A DNA stretch of 10,867 nucleotides from Candidatus Baldrarchaeum yapensis (lineage in GTDB: Archaea; Asgardarchaeota; Baldrarchaeia; Baldrarchaeales; Baldrarchaeaceae), in NCBI GenBank assembly GCA_016840465.1, contig JAEOSH010000066.1, positions 1-10,867 on the forward strand, written 5' to 3'. The notes below the pieces were generated by a model. It had not been told where the DNA came from, ran no database searches, and worked only from the letters and a program-made list of their open reading frames with translations. Both the position numbers and the translations under genes were made by a program. Below, in pieces: positions 1-7,042 of this stretch (its first letter is position 1; the number at the start of each line of letters is the position of its first letter).

Positions 1-18
1 TGTTAGGATGGGGCCCTC

Positions 19-489
19 ATGAAAATTGTGAAAATTATGGAAGAAGAAGATCTACACGATTTTTTCTTTCAACATCCATACATCTTAATTGGATCTGAAA
101 CCCCCATCCTAGAAAAATCTCATGAACGGAGGATAAGCCCCTCATCTATCGCCGACCTTTATCTAAAAACCCCCACAAGTGAATATATTATCGAAATAAA
201 GGACAATAAGATAAGAACCGCAGACATATTACAGGCGCTAAGATACAAAATGGAATTACTCAAAGAAAATCTGAAAATCCTTATTATCGGATATGGAATC
301 TCTGCAGATGCTCTTGCTCTCGCCAGAAAGCAAAAGATACAAGTGAAGATCATAGGAAAGGACATACCATCAGTACTAGCTATATGCGATCATTGCAGAA
401 GATCTTATGATGCAAATAAAAATTCTTGCCCATACTGCGGTCATTCACGAAAAATATTAATCGTAGACCTCCGGAAAATCTCCAAATAA
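19..489 (+). CDS. PD-(D/E)XK nuclease, NucS/EndoMS catalytic-domain-like, with C-terminal zinc ribbon
   Basis: EEDLHDFFFQHP N-terminal helix, ADL...IIEIK (D..ExK) and QALRY motifs resemble the NucS C-terminal/Mrr-like domain. The C-terminus carries CDHC-x10-CPYC. An in-frame TAG at 4-6 shows the N-terminus is complete in the window. Confidence 0.75.
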   Translation: MKIVKIMEEEDLHDFFFQHPYILIGSETPILEKSHERRISPSSIADLYLKTPTSEYIIEIKDNKIRTADILQALRYKMELLKENLKILIIGYGISADALALARKQKIQVKIIGKDIPSVLAICDHCRRSYDANKNSCPYCGHSRKILIVDLRKISK

Positions 490-780
490 GGATTTTTAGA
501 CCTTCGTAAGCAAACCTGTAATAAATATCTTCAATCAAGTGATAAAGTACATTAAAACAACAATAACAGCAACCTATATTTTCTCATTGAATATGCACAA
601 ATATCGCCAGAAAAACCGACCTCCCAGAGGATTAGTAATAAAGATGCTGTGTACGTCCCCAACCCTATCACCCCCACTCCTGCATATTCTTCTTATCGCC
701 TGCCGATAATGTAATCATAATACACCTGGTATGAAACCACTCGATGATCACTTACGTGCGCTGATACGCCTTACTATCTC

Positions 781-792
781 TCAAGTATATAG
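781..792 (+). promoter_or_regulatory. Putative archaeal BRE/TATA promoter for the DUF6884-GIY-YIG operon
   Basis: TCAAG-TATATAG lies about 25 nt upstream of a short leader that contains GGAGGT (817-822). Confidence 0.45.
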
Positions 793-830
793 CTACCTAT
801 CTGTCTATGCTATGGCGGAGGTTGAACGCA

Positions 831-1295
831 TTGAGCGTACTCTGCATCGTACAATGTAGCGATAGGAAAATCTGGGATAAGCACCCAGATATGGGGGCGG
901 TGAGAGCTAGAGACGCCTACACGGGCCTTTTAACGAAAACGGCTATTATATACGCAGAAAAATTTCACAAGAACTCGTGGGTTATACTATCAGCAAAATA
1001 CGGCTTCCTAAAACCAGATGACATCGTTCCCGGACCCTATAACGTCACCTTCAAAAGAAAGAGTACCGGCCCGATCAATGTAGAAGAACTGATAAGACAG
1101 GCGCAAGAGAAAAATCTCTATAGATACGACATAATAGTGGTACTCGGAGGTAAAGAGTATGCCGAGGTCGTGAAGAGGGTGTTCCCGAATAAGAAGATCA
1201 TAGAACCACTAAAAGGCCTCAGGTACGGTGAGAAAGTTAAGAAATTAAAAGAAGCTCTACTGGCGGAAAAACCACTCGTCGAGGAAAATTTATGA
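831..1295 (+). CDS. DUF6884-like protein (YaaA/DUF328-related family as I recall it), 154 aa
   Basis: Motifs CIVQCSxxK, A-x-D-A-Y-x-G, WVILSAKYGFL, YNVTF and VVLGGKEY match the DUF6884 pattern. Start moved from ATG 807 to in-frame TTG 831 because GGAGGT (817-822) lies 8 nt upstream. Confidence 0.7.
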   Translation: MSVLCIVQCSDRKIWDKHPDMGAVRARDAYTGLLTKTAIIYAEKFHKNSWVILSAKYGFLKPDDIVPGPYNVTFKRKSTGPINVEELIRQAQEKNLYRYDIIVVLGGKEYAEVVKRVFPNKKIIEPLKGLRYGEKVKKLKEALLAEKPLVEENL

Positions 1296-2179
1296 GCTAT
1301 AGAAGTAAATATGACAAATACTGGATTCAAAAAGTGGACGAGCTGATTAAAGCCGTTAATATAGCAAATACTAACGGCATCTCCATAATCAATATTAGTG
1401 ATATAGTAACCTACGGCGAACGAAAACCGGAAAGCTGGTGCGGCAAAATAATCCTGTGTAAAGATACTATAATAAGGGATAGCGCGCTGACGCATCTAAA
1501 GTCTCTCGGCAGGATTCTCCTTACTTACAGGGTCTTGAAAAACTACAATTCCTACTTCAGCTTCAAAATCTCAAGGGACCTTAAATTGGAAATAAAAAGG
1601 ATGAGCATAGACGTCATGACGAATCATCGTAGCTCTTCAGCGGCTGGAAAAGAACACAAAGAGCATCCAGTGATAAACAGAAAAACCAAATTTCGAGAAA
1701 CTCCATTAGGTGTGAACTGTAAATGCGACACGCTGTTCTGCGGCTTCCTGTGGCATGAATTATCCACACTAAAAGCCCATGACCTACCCAAAGAACCAGG
1801 TGTCTACGTGATAAGAATTATCAAGAAAGGTGAAGAAACCGAGAAAGCTAAACACAAATTAGAGGATGTTATCTCAAAAACAAACTGGAAAGAACTAATA
1901 AGCTATGTTAATTCAAGATTAAACAGAATCACCCGTATCGAGAACTGCCCAGTTATATACATCGGCTCCACATCCGATATCCGTACTAGATATAGGGATT
2001 TAGCTGGTATAAGACACACCGCGTTCTTCCCAATTTTGGCATTACTGCTCTGCGGGTGGGAACTTGATTATGGATTCAAAACAGTACCGTCGAAAAAAGA
2101 TGCAAAACATTTAGAGGACGAACTGAAAAGAAAATATGAAGACCTCCATGGAATGCTACCTGCACTTGTAGAGGAGTAA
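1292..2179 (+). CDS. GIY-YIG superfamily nuclease with an unrecognised ~100-aa N-terminal domain
   Basis: PGVY (G codon 1799), VIYIGST (Y codon 1958), downstream RxR and a C-terminal LEDELK...HGMLP helix. Start overlaps the upstream stop (ATGA, 1292-1295) and is preceded by GAGGA. Confidence 0.75.
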   Translation: MSYRSKYDKYWIQKVDELIKAVNIANTNGISIINISDIVTYGERKPESWCGKIILCKDTIIRDSALTHLKSLGRILLTYRVLKNYNSYFSFKISRDLKLEIKRMSIDVMTNHRSSSAAGKEHKEHPVINRKTKFRETPLGVNCKCDTLFCGFLWHELSTLKAHDLPKEPGVYVIRIIKKGEETEKAKHKLEDVISKTNWKELISYVNSRLNRITRIENCPVIYIGSTSDIRTRYRDLAGIRHTAFFPILALLLCGWELDYGFKTVPSKKDAKHLEDELKRKYEDLHGMLPALVEE

Positions 2180-2342
2180 CAATGTAATTTGGAAAACGAA
2201 GGAATTAGGGAAAGCATTAAAAGGTTGGAGGATTCTTGAGACTCCAAATGGCCATAAACTTGGCGCTTAAGTATTTCAAAAATGCGAAAATACTGACTTA
2301 ACATCCAGAGAGATTCTCCACGGATGGTTCTCTCTTTACCAC

Positions 2343-2777
2343 TTATCCTAAAGCCCTCTCTATCAATTCGTAGTCTTCCTTCGGAATCTCCACCATTGCT
2401 CTCCTCAGGTATCCGCTCCACCTCTGCTTATTCTTTATGAAGGATAATTTCGGAACCAGTTCCTTAAAAAACACCGGTTTCTCGGCTATCTTTATCGGTT
2501 TTAGACGGACTCTGTTCGGAAATGAGTGCGTCCCCTTATAGGCCTTGAATATCGGGGTCGAGTCCTTATACACCTCCGATGTCGCCTCAAAGATGCCCAC
2601 AATGCGCGACGGAATAACCTCCTTGTCCATCTTCGTCTGCATAACGTAGAAGATCAGTCTGTCCCCCGGCCTCACCCTCTCTATCGTGCCCCTGAACCTG
2701 TCACTCACTCCCCAAACGTTGTGCTTCCGCACGACCTCCCAGTTCGCCTGCGTCGTCACGCAAATCCAGTACCTCAC
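2343..2777 (-). CDS. EVE domain protein (PUA-like, archaeal UPF0310 type)
   Basis: RYWICVT..NW....VWGV, VRPGDRLIFY, RIVGIFEATS, FPNRVRL and SFIKNKQRWSGYLRRAMVEI..EDYELI are hallmark EVE motifs. Likely start is GTG 2777 with a GGTGGGG site upstream (track start 2786). Confidence 0.9.
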   Translation of the reverse strand: MRYWICVTTQANWEVVRKHNVWGVSDRFRGTIERVRPGDRLIFYVMQTKMDKEVIPSRIVGIFEATSEVYKDSTPIFKAYKGTHSFPNRVRLKPIKIAEKPVFFKELVPKLSFIKNKQRWSGYLRRAMVEIPKEDYELIERALG

Positions 2778-2809
2778 ACACCCCACCCATCCCTATATCG
2801 CCCCCGCAG

Positions 2810-2818
2810 TATTTAAAT
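2810..2818. promoter_or_regulatory. Candidate bidirectional TATA box between EVE and DUF365
   Basis: Palindromic ATTTAAAT (2811-2818) is the only clear TATA-like element in the ~100-bp divergent gap. Confidence 0.45.
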
Positions 2819-2875
2819 CTGAAGAACACCACTTCCTCCTAAGAAGCATGAACACCAACCCCGCGGGGAGGAAAC

Positions 2876-3325
2876 ATGACTAAAATAGCCGGCGCAATAT
2901 TCCCCGTGCCCAGCAACCTCATCGGAAGAATACTGGACGAAAAGCGCGACGTCTTCATCAAACACCCCACCCTCTTCAAGGAACTGAAACCCGGAGACAA
3001 AATACTGTTCTACGCATCCGGAGAAATAAGAGCAATAGTTGGGGAGGCAACAATAAAGAAAATAGAGTTCATGACGGGAAAAGAGGCCCTCGAAAAGTAC
3101 GGAAGACGTCTGTTTATAGACGAGAAGGAGTTAAGAGACTACTCCAAGCCGCTGAGCGCAAGGAAGGGAAGAGGCGGCGCCCCGAGGGAAATAAAATACC
3201 TGGTCCTGGAACTCGAAAACATAAGAAGATACAAGAAACCGTACAAGCCCAAGCGGTTCATAACCGTCGGAGGAAAGTACCTCACCGAGAGCGAGTACAA
3301 AAACATCCTGTCACAGGTGGAATAA
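2876..3325 (+). CDS. DUF365 family protein (ASCH/PUA-like fold)
   Basis: GAIFPVP...RILDEKRDVFIK, LKPGDKILFYAS, IVGEATI, KYGRRLFIDEKEL and ITVGGKYLT match archaeal DUF365. GGGGAGG site at 2865-2871. Confidence 0.85.
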   Translation: MTKIAGAIFPVPSNLIGRILDEKRDVFIKHPTLFKELKPGDKILFYASGEIRAIVGEATIKKIEFMTGKEALEKYGRRLFIDEKELRDYSKPLSARKGRGGAPREIKYLVLELENIRRYKKPYKPKRFITVGGKYLTESEYKNILSQVE

Positions 3326-3493
3326 CGCCCCTAGGGTAGTATAACCTCGACTCTTTCATCCTTTTACATTTCTGGTGTTTCTCTGCATGAAATAGTTCAT
3401 TGAAAAGATATCTCACTATTCGGCATCTATTAATGACACGGAGGTTTCTCTTATAAAGCCAAAAACTCCCAGAAATATAGAAAAGGTCGACGG

Positions 3494-3505
3494 AAGAAAA
3501 AAGAA
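3494..3505 (-). terminator. Putative oligo-T terminator of the ATPase/PD-(D/E)XK operon
   Basis: TTCTTTTTTCTT on the minus strand begins 4 nt after the TAA ending at 3510. Confidence 0.45.
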
Positions 3506-3509
3506 CGTA

Positions 3510-3962
3510 TTAAACGGCCTCAAGAATCAATGATCCACCCGTTTCGAATCTTCTCAGATATTCTGTGAAGATATCCCCTCGAATTTTCTTTCTAACAAGT
3601 TTAATGTTATGAGATACCATCGATGATAACTTTTTGGCATAAAGTATCCTCTTCACCATAGCCGTTATTCCCATCCTTCTTAGAAAATCCTCAACGTTGT
3701 CGAACTTCTCTCTCACTTCCTCCTCATCCCCAGGCCGTACAGTTCCGCACTTCAGTTCGAGCAAATAGATGGTATTTTGGGAGATTATTAAGTAATCGCA
3801 CACTTTCCTCATCTGTAAGTCCTTTACTCTCTTGTTCAAGCACCTATCGACTTTTACAACATATAACTCCCCAGACTCCGAAAATACCCTTACACCACAA
3901 CCTTCCTCCTCTTCCACACACAAATTTCCCTCAATTAAGCACTCCCTAAGAACTTCCGGCAC
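3510..3962 (-). CDS. Small PD-(D/E)XK-like nuclease, partner of the upstream ABC-type ATPase
   Basis: KVCDYLII...IYLLELKCG gives D..ExK. Probable start is GTG 3962, overlapping the ATPase stop by 17 nt. The track start (4028) reads through ATPase codons. Exact start uncertain. Confidence 0.65.
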   Translation of the reverse strand: MPEVLRECLIEGNLCVEEEEGCGVRVFSESGELYVVKVDRCLNKRVKDLQMRKVCDYLIISQNTIYLLELKCGTVRPGDEEEVREKFDNVEDFLRRMGITAMVKRILYAKKLSSMVSHNIKLVRKKIRGDIFTEYLRRFETGGSLILEAV

Positions 3963-5346
3963 CTGAGGATAAATGTGAGAGGGTGATGAGTCTTGCCTCC
4001 TCCCCGTAGAGGTCCTCGGCAACCTCATCCATCTCCGGAAGCTTTTCTATAGACGGTGGAGTGACCTTCACCTGTTCGGTAACGCTACCATCACCGTCCC
4101 ACCGCATCCAGTAAATCGCAAGATCCTCTGGCCTTAATTCGTATTCTCGACTAAGACCTAGTTCTTTTAATTTCTCGTCCGGTATCTTCCCCAGAGAGCA
4201 AAGATGTGCAAACACGGTCGGAAATATCATGCTATGAGTCGTTATCAGAATGCTAATATTCCTCCTCGCAACTTTGGCAAATAACTTTGCTAACAGCACT
4301 TGCGCCTTCGGATGAACATGCGCCTCCGGCTCCTCCATAATGAGAGACCGACCCGGGGTGATCTTGCGTAAGGCAAGGTATAAGGGGGCGAGCTCGGCTA
4401 TCAGTGATGATGCTTTATCCAAGGGCAACGAGATGCCTTCTCTCTTATAAATCAGCCTAAGATCCCTCGTTACCTCCACTGTTCCCTCCAACACTTGTTC
4501 AAGGTCCCTAACTTCATCAATACCCACTTGCTTGCTGGGCATCTCCGGTTCCATCAGCAACTCGGTGAGCATATCCGCCGTTATCCTCGATATGTGAAAG
4601 CTTTCTCTTGATATCTCCTCAATCAACTGCTTAAAGCTCCTCGGTAAACTTAAAAGCTCTGGCAAGCTGGCTTTTATATAAGAGGTCAGTAGTGGCCTAT
4701 AAGCCCTGAAAAGCCCCGCTCGCTCGGCTAACAAGTATATTGGATCCTTAAATGTGAATCTTTCAGAAATTTTTTGTAGTATTTGCTCTAAATTGCCCAT
4801 GGATAAGATTAAAGACGTCACAGTCCTTGCGGCCGTTTCCGTATCCCCCTCTTCCGTACCGACAGCCTCAATTATCTTCTTTATTGACTCACAACCCTGC
4901 AATATCTCCCTTTCAATATCACTCGAGAATTTAATATCAACCTCGACATCCTCTCGTGTACCCCTAATTAGCACCTTAACGGGCTCGCTATCGAGCCTTA
5001 TCAAAAAATTATTAGACCCCCACCTCACAGCAGCATCTAGCGGCGTGAATACGCGAAGAACCTCCTCCTTCACAACCTCCTCGTAAGATTTTACGATTGT
5101 CTCCACCACATCCCCTGCAAATGCACTAACCCCGGAACCACCACCCGAAATTCTCAATGCAAGCTTCATCAGCAACTGTAAGACCGCTTTTTGAGAAAAA
5201 CTCCTCCCCAAGGCGTAAATTACCGACGCCAGATATGACTTCCCCACATTGTTTCTCCCTAATAGAACAACAATGCGACGAAGTTCGATTTCTGCGGATT
5301 TTATGGGACCCAGATCCTTAACTTCCAACAACGCCCCTGCAGACAT
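3946..5346 (-). CDS. ABC-type ATPase (AAA_15/AAA_21-like), defence-associated
   Basis: Walker A GRNNVGKS, YLLAERAGL, degenerate signature ASSLIAELAP, Walker B/D-loop LIMEEPEAHVHP, H-loop ITTHS. GGTGA site at 5355-5351. Confidence 0.9.
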   Translation of the reverse strand: MSAGALLEVKDLGPIKSAEIELRRIVVLLGRNNVGKSYLASVIYALGRSFSQKAVLQLLMKLALRISGGGSGVSAFAGDVVETIVKSYEEVVKEEVLRVFTPLDAAVRWGSNNFLIRLDSEPVKVLIRGTREDVEVDIKFSSDIEREILQGCESIKKIIEAVGTEEGDTETAARTVTSLILSMGNLEQILQKISERFTFKDPIYLLAERAGLFRAYRPLLTSYIKASLPELLSLPRSFKQLIEEISRESFHISRITADMLTELLMEPEMPSKQVGIDEVRDLEQVLEGTVEVTRDLRLIYKREGISLPLDKASSLIAELAPLYLALRKITPGRSLIMEEPEAHVHPKAQVLLAKLFAKVARRNISILITTHSMIFPTVFAHLCSLGKIPDEKLKELGLSREYELRPEDLAIYWMRWDGDGSVTEQVKVTPPSIEKLPEMDEVAEDLYGEEARLITLSHLSSGAGSS

Positions 5347-5404
5347 TCTCTCACCAGACCCTTCCGTTGCTATTCTCGCTTTAACTACATTTTACTAAAC
5401 TGCT

Positions 5405-5420
5405 CATATATACTTTTTAG
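5405..5420 (-). promoter_or_regulatory. Archaeal BRE/TATA promoter for the ATPase 1 operon
   Basis: CTAAAAAG followed directly by TATATATG on the minus strand, about 60 nt upstream of ATG 5346. Confidence 0.6.
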
Positions 5421-5573
5421 AGCAGAACAATCCTCGACGACAGGCCTCACCTTACATCACATCATGAAATGCATCACTCGAACATCTCTGCTGGAAATAC
5501 TCCTATAGGAAGAGCTTTCTTATAATACCAGCACCCGAGTTCACTGCCTTATCGACGCTTTTTAGGGATATTA

Positions 5574-5786
5574 TCACCTATTAGTAGTTTCAATCGTCTT
5601 CCTTGCGTATTTGATCGCTGCAATGACATCCTCCCTTGTCAACCCGTATTCCTCACATATCTCATCGATGCTCCATCCATTCTCCAGAAGCTTGAGTATA
5701 AACTCCACAGAGATCCTCGTGCCCTTAATAACCGGTTTTCCCCCGAGAATATTAGGATCTCTTACTATTCTCTCCTCGGCGGTCAT
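5574..5786 (-). CDS. DUF433 family HTH antitoxin
   Basis: RIVRDPNILGGKPVIKGTRISVEFIL...GWSIDEICEEYGLTREDVIAAIKYA is the canonical DUF433 pattern. Confidence 0.92.
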   Translation of the reverse strand: MTAEERIVRDPNILGGKPVIKGTRISVEFILKLLENGWSIDEICEEYGLTREDVIAAIKYARKTIETTNR

Positions 5787-5998
5787 TACAACCCACCAAC
5801 TCTGCCGGGTAAGTCGGAATATGGATCATATGCGGATGCGGAATAAAATATTAGGTTGATACTATGAAACCCCATCGGTTTTTCTTAGAAAATACTCAAT
5901 ATCGTCCAACTTTTCCCTTAACTCCTACACCTTTAACCGATCCTTTAAAATGTTTCACTACCCCTATTAATTCTGACGAACAATTTGGAGGCGTAGCG

Positions 5999-6247
5999 AT
6001 GAAGATCAAGATCTCCGTGGAGATTCCCAAGGCAATCGCGGATATGCTCGGTGAGGATCCTCGTAACATCCTCCTTAGAGCAATTGTGGAGCGCGCCCTC
6101 ATAAATCAACTCCTCTTCGGGGAAAAAGTAACCTCCAGACCCGAAGCCGATGAGGAAATGATGAATGTGGTATTGGAAATAGATAGAAAGGTGAAGGAGG
6201 AAATTGCCAGGAGATATGGTAGGTCTGGAGATACTCGATGTAATTAA
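5999..6247 (+). CDS. Small antitoxin-like protein, possibly ribbon-helix-helix, 82 aa
   Basis: Start moved to ATG 5999 with GGAGG at 5987-5991. The N-terminal alternating strand MKIKISVEIP followed by helices is RHH/CopG-like. The family assignment is an inference. Confidence 0.55.
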   Translation: MKIKISVEIPKAIADMLGEDPRNILLRAIVERALINQLLFGEKVTSRPEADEEMMNVVLEIDRKVKEEIARRYGRSGDTRCN

Positions 6248-6557
6248 AAATACCCTAAAAAGATACCTCGGAGATAAACTAATCTGTTGCGACCTCGAAT
6301 ACGACGAAAAGTACGGAAATTGCATAAGAGTCCTAGTCTCCGATAACGCAAGCAACGCCGTGAAAATATGGTTACAAGTTCTGGATGGCGTAAAACACCT
6401 CGGAGTTCCCATATTCTTCGAGTGGCTCGGAGAAAACGACCTGAGTCCAGAAGAACTTGGCATGCACGTCGCCAACGCACTCACTAAAATGGAATTACAT
6501 CCCGCAACAGAAAAACCCATAGACATCCTGAAAATACTGAAGGAGGAGAGGGAGTAA
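6216..6557 (+). CDS. Hypothetical protein, 113 aa, overlapping the upstream antitoxin-like gene
   Basis: ATG 6216 with AGGAG at 6209-6213, a 32-nt overlap with the upstream gene, native codon usage and an acidic alpha/beta-looking sequence. I cannot name a family. Confidence 0.65.
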   Translation: MVGLEILDVIKNTLKRYLGDKLICCDLEYDEKYGNCIRVLVSDNASNAVKIWLQVLDGVKHLGVPIFFEWLGENDLSPEELGMHVANALTKMELHPATEKPIDILKILKEERE

Positions 6558-6572
6558 GAGAGGGACCCATCC

Positions 6573-7010
6573 TTGGGGAGAAAACTCATAAGAACTCTCC
6601 AGGCACTCCTCAATAATATACATCGACCCTTCGAAAAGTGCAGATCCGTAACCTCTCTGGTCTTAAACTTCCCGTTCAAGAAACTACCTATCAGATTCGT
6701 AGACTCCGAAAACTTCTATAATCTCGAGCAAATTGCCATTCCCAGCATAAATGCGCCAAAGATCTTTAAACTGGCCATTGACACATTACCATATATCAGA
6801 ATAAGGACTCTGGAAGCATTGGTCGTACTTAAATTACGGTTTTTCCAGCAGACTCGACATTAAGAAACTTAAAGGATAAAGGAGTTAGTACAGGTTAATA
6901 GTTGGAAAATGGAGATCATTGAAGAAAAATTCACAAGATTCTTAAATACTCTCAACAATTCTACAATCTTTCTATCCGCTCTTTCCAAAAATGGGACAGA
7001 AGATTATTAA
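6573..7010 (+). pseudogene. Possible decayed gene (ORF 6573-6863 plus in-frame continuation)
   Basis: The same frame stays protein-like after two close stops (6861, 6870), up to TAA 7008-7010. IRTLEALVVLKL loosely recalls nucleotidyltransferase-like C-terminal motifs. Weak. Confidence 0.2.
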
Positions 7011-7042
7011 GAACCAACGGCATCATTACTGTGAACTATATA

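Noticed and set aside
274-496. 12-bp inverted repeat AAAATCCTTATT (274-285) / AATAAGGATTTT (485-496)
   Set aside because: AT-rich, one copy lies inside a CDS, and it does not bound a plausible element, so chance is likely.
490-780. Gap after gene 1: in-frame DLRK echo (about 465-510) and a 36-codon minus ORF behind GGGGTGA
   Set aside because: The similarity is too short and the ORF too small to support without homology.
2068-2421. Minus ORF after EVE, possibly a frameshifted remnant (MVKREPSVENL...WMLSQYFRIFEILK)
   Set aside because: It overlaps both EVE and the GIY-YIG end, needs an assumed indel in a CT repeat, and shows no recognisable motif.
5501-5510. 10-bp palindrome TCCTATAGGA (also CCCTAGGG at 3329-3336)
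   Set aside because: Palindromes this short are expected several times by chance in 11 kb.
5864-5998. N-terminal extension of the 5864-6247 ORF
   Set aside because: It runs through the promoter and repeat region, and GGAGG supports ATG 5999.
5945-6679. Long 244-aa minus-strand ORF
   Set aside because: Antisense to two plus-strand genes that have good ribosome sites. It has no motif and a shadow-like composition.
6560-6860. Minus-frame DQRGYGSALF resembling GNAT motif A
   Set aside because: The frame has four stops in about 100 codons, which is roughly random expectation, and the motif spacing is imperfect.
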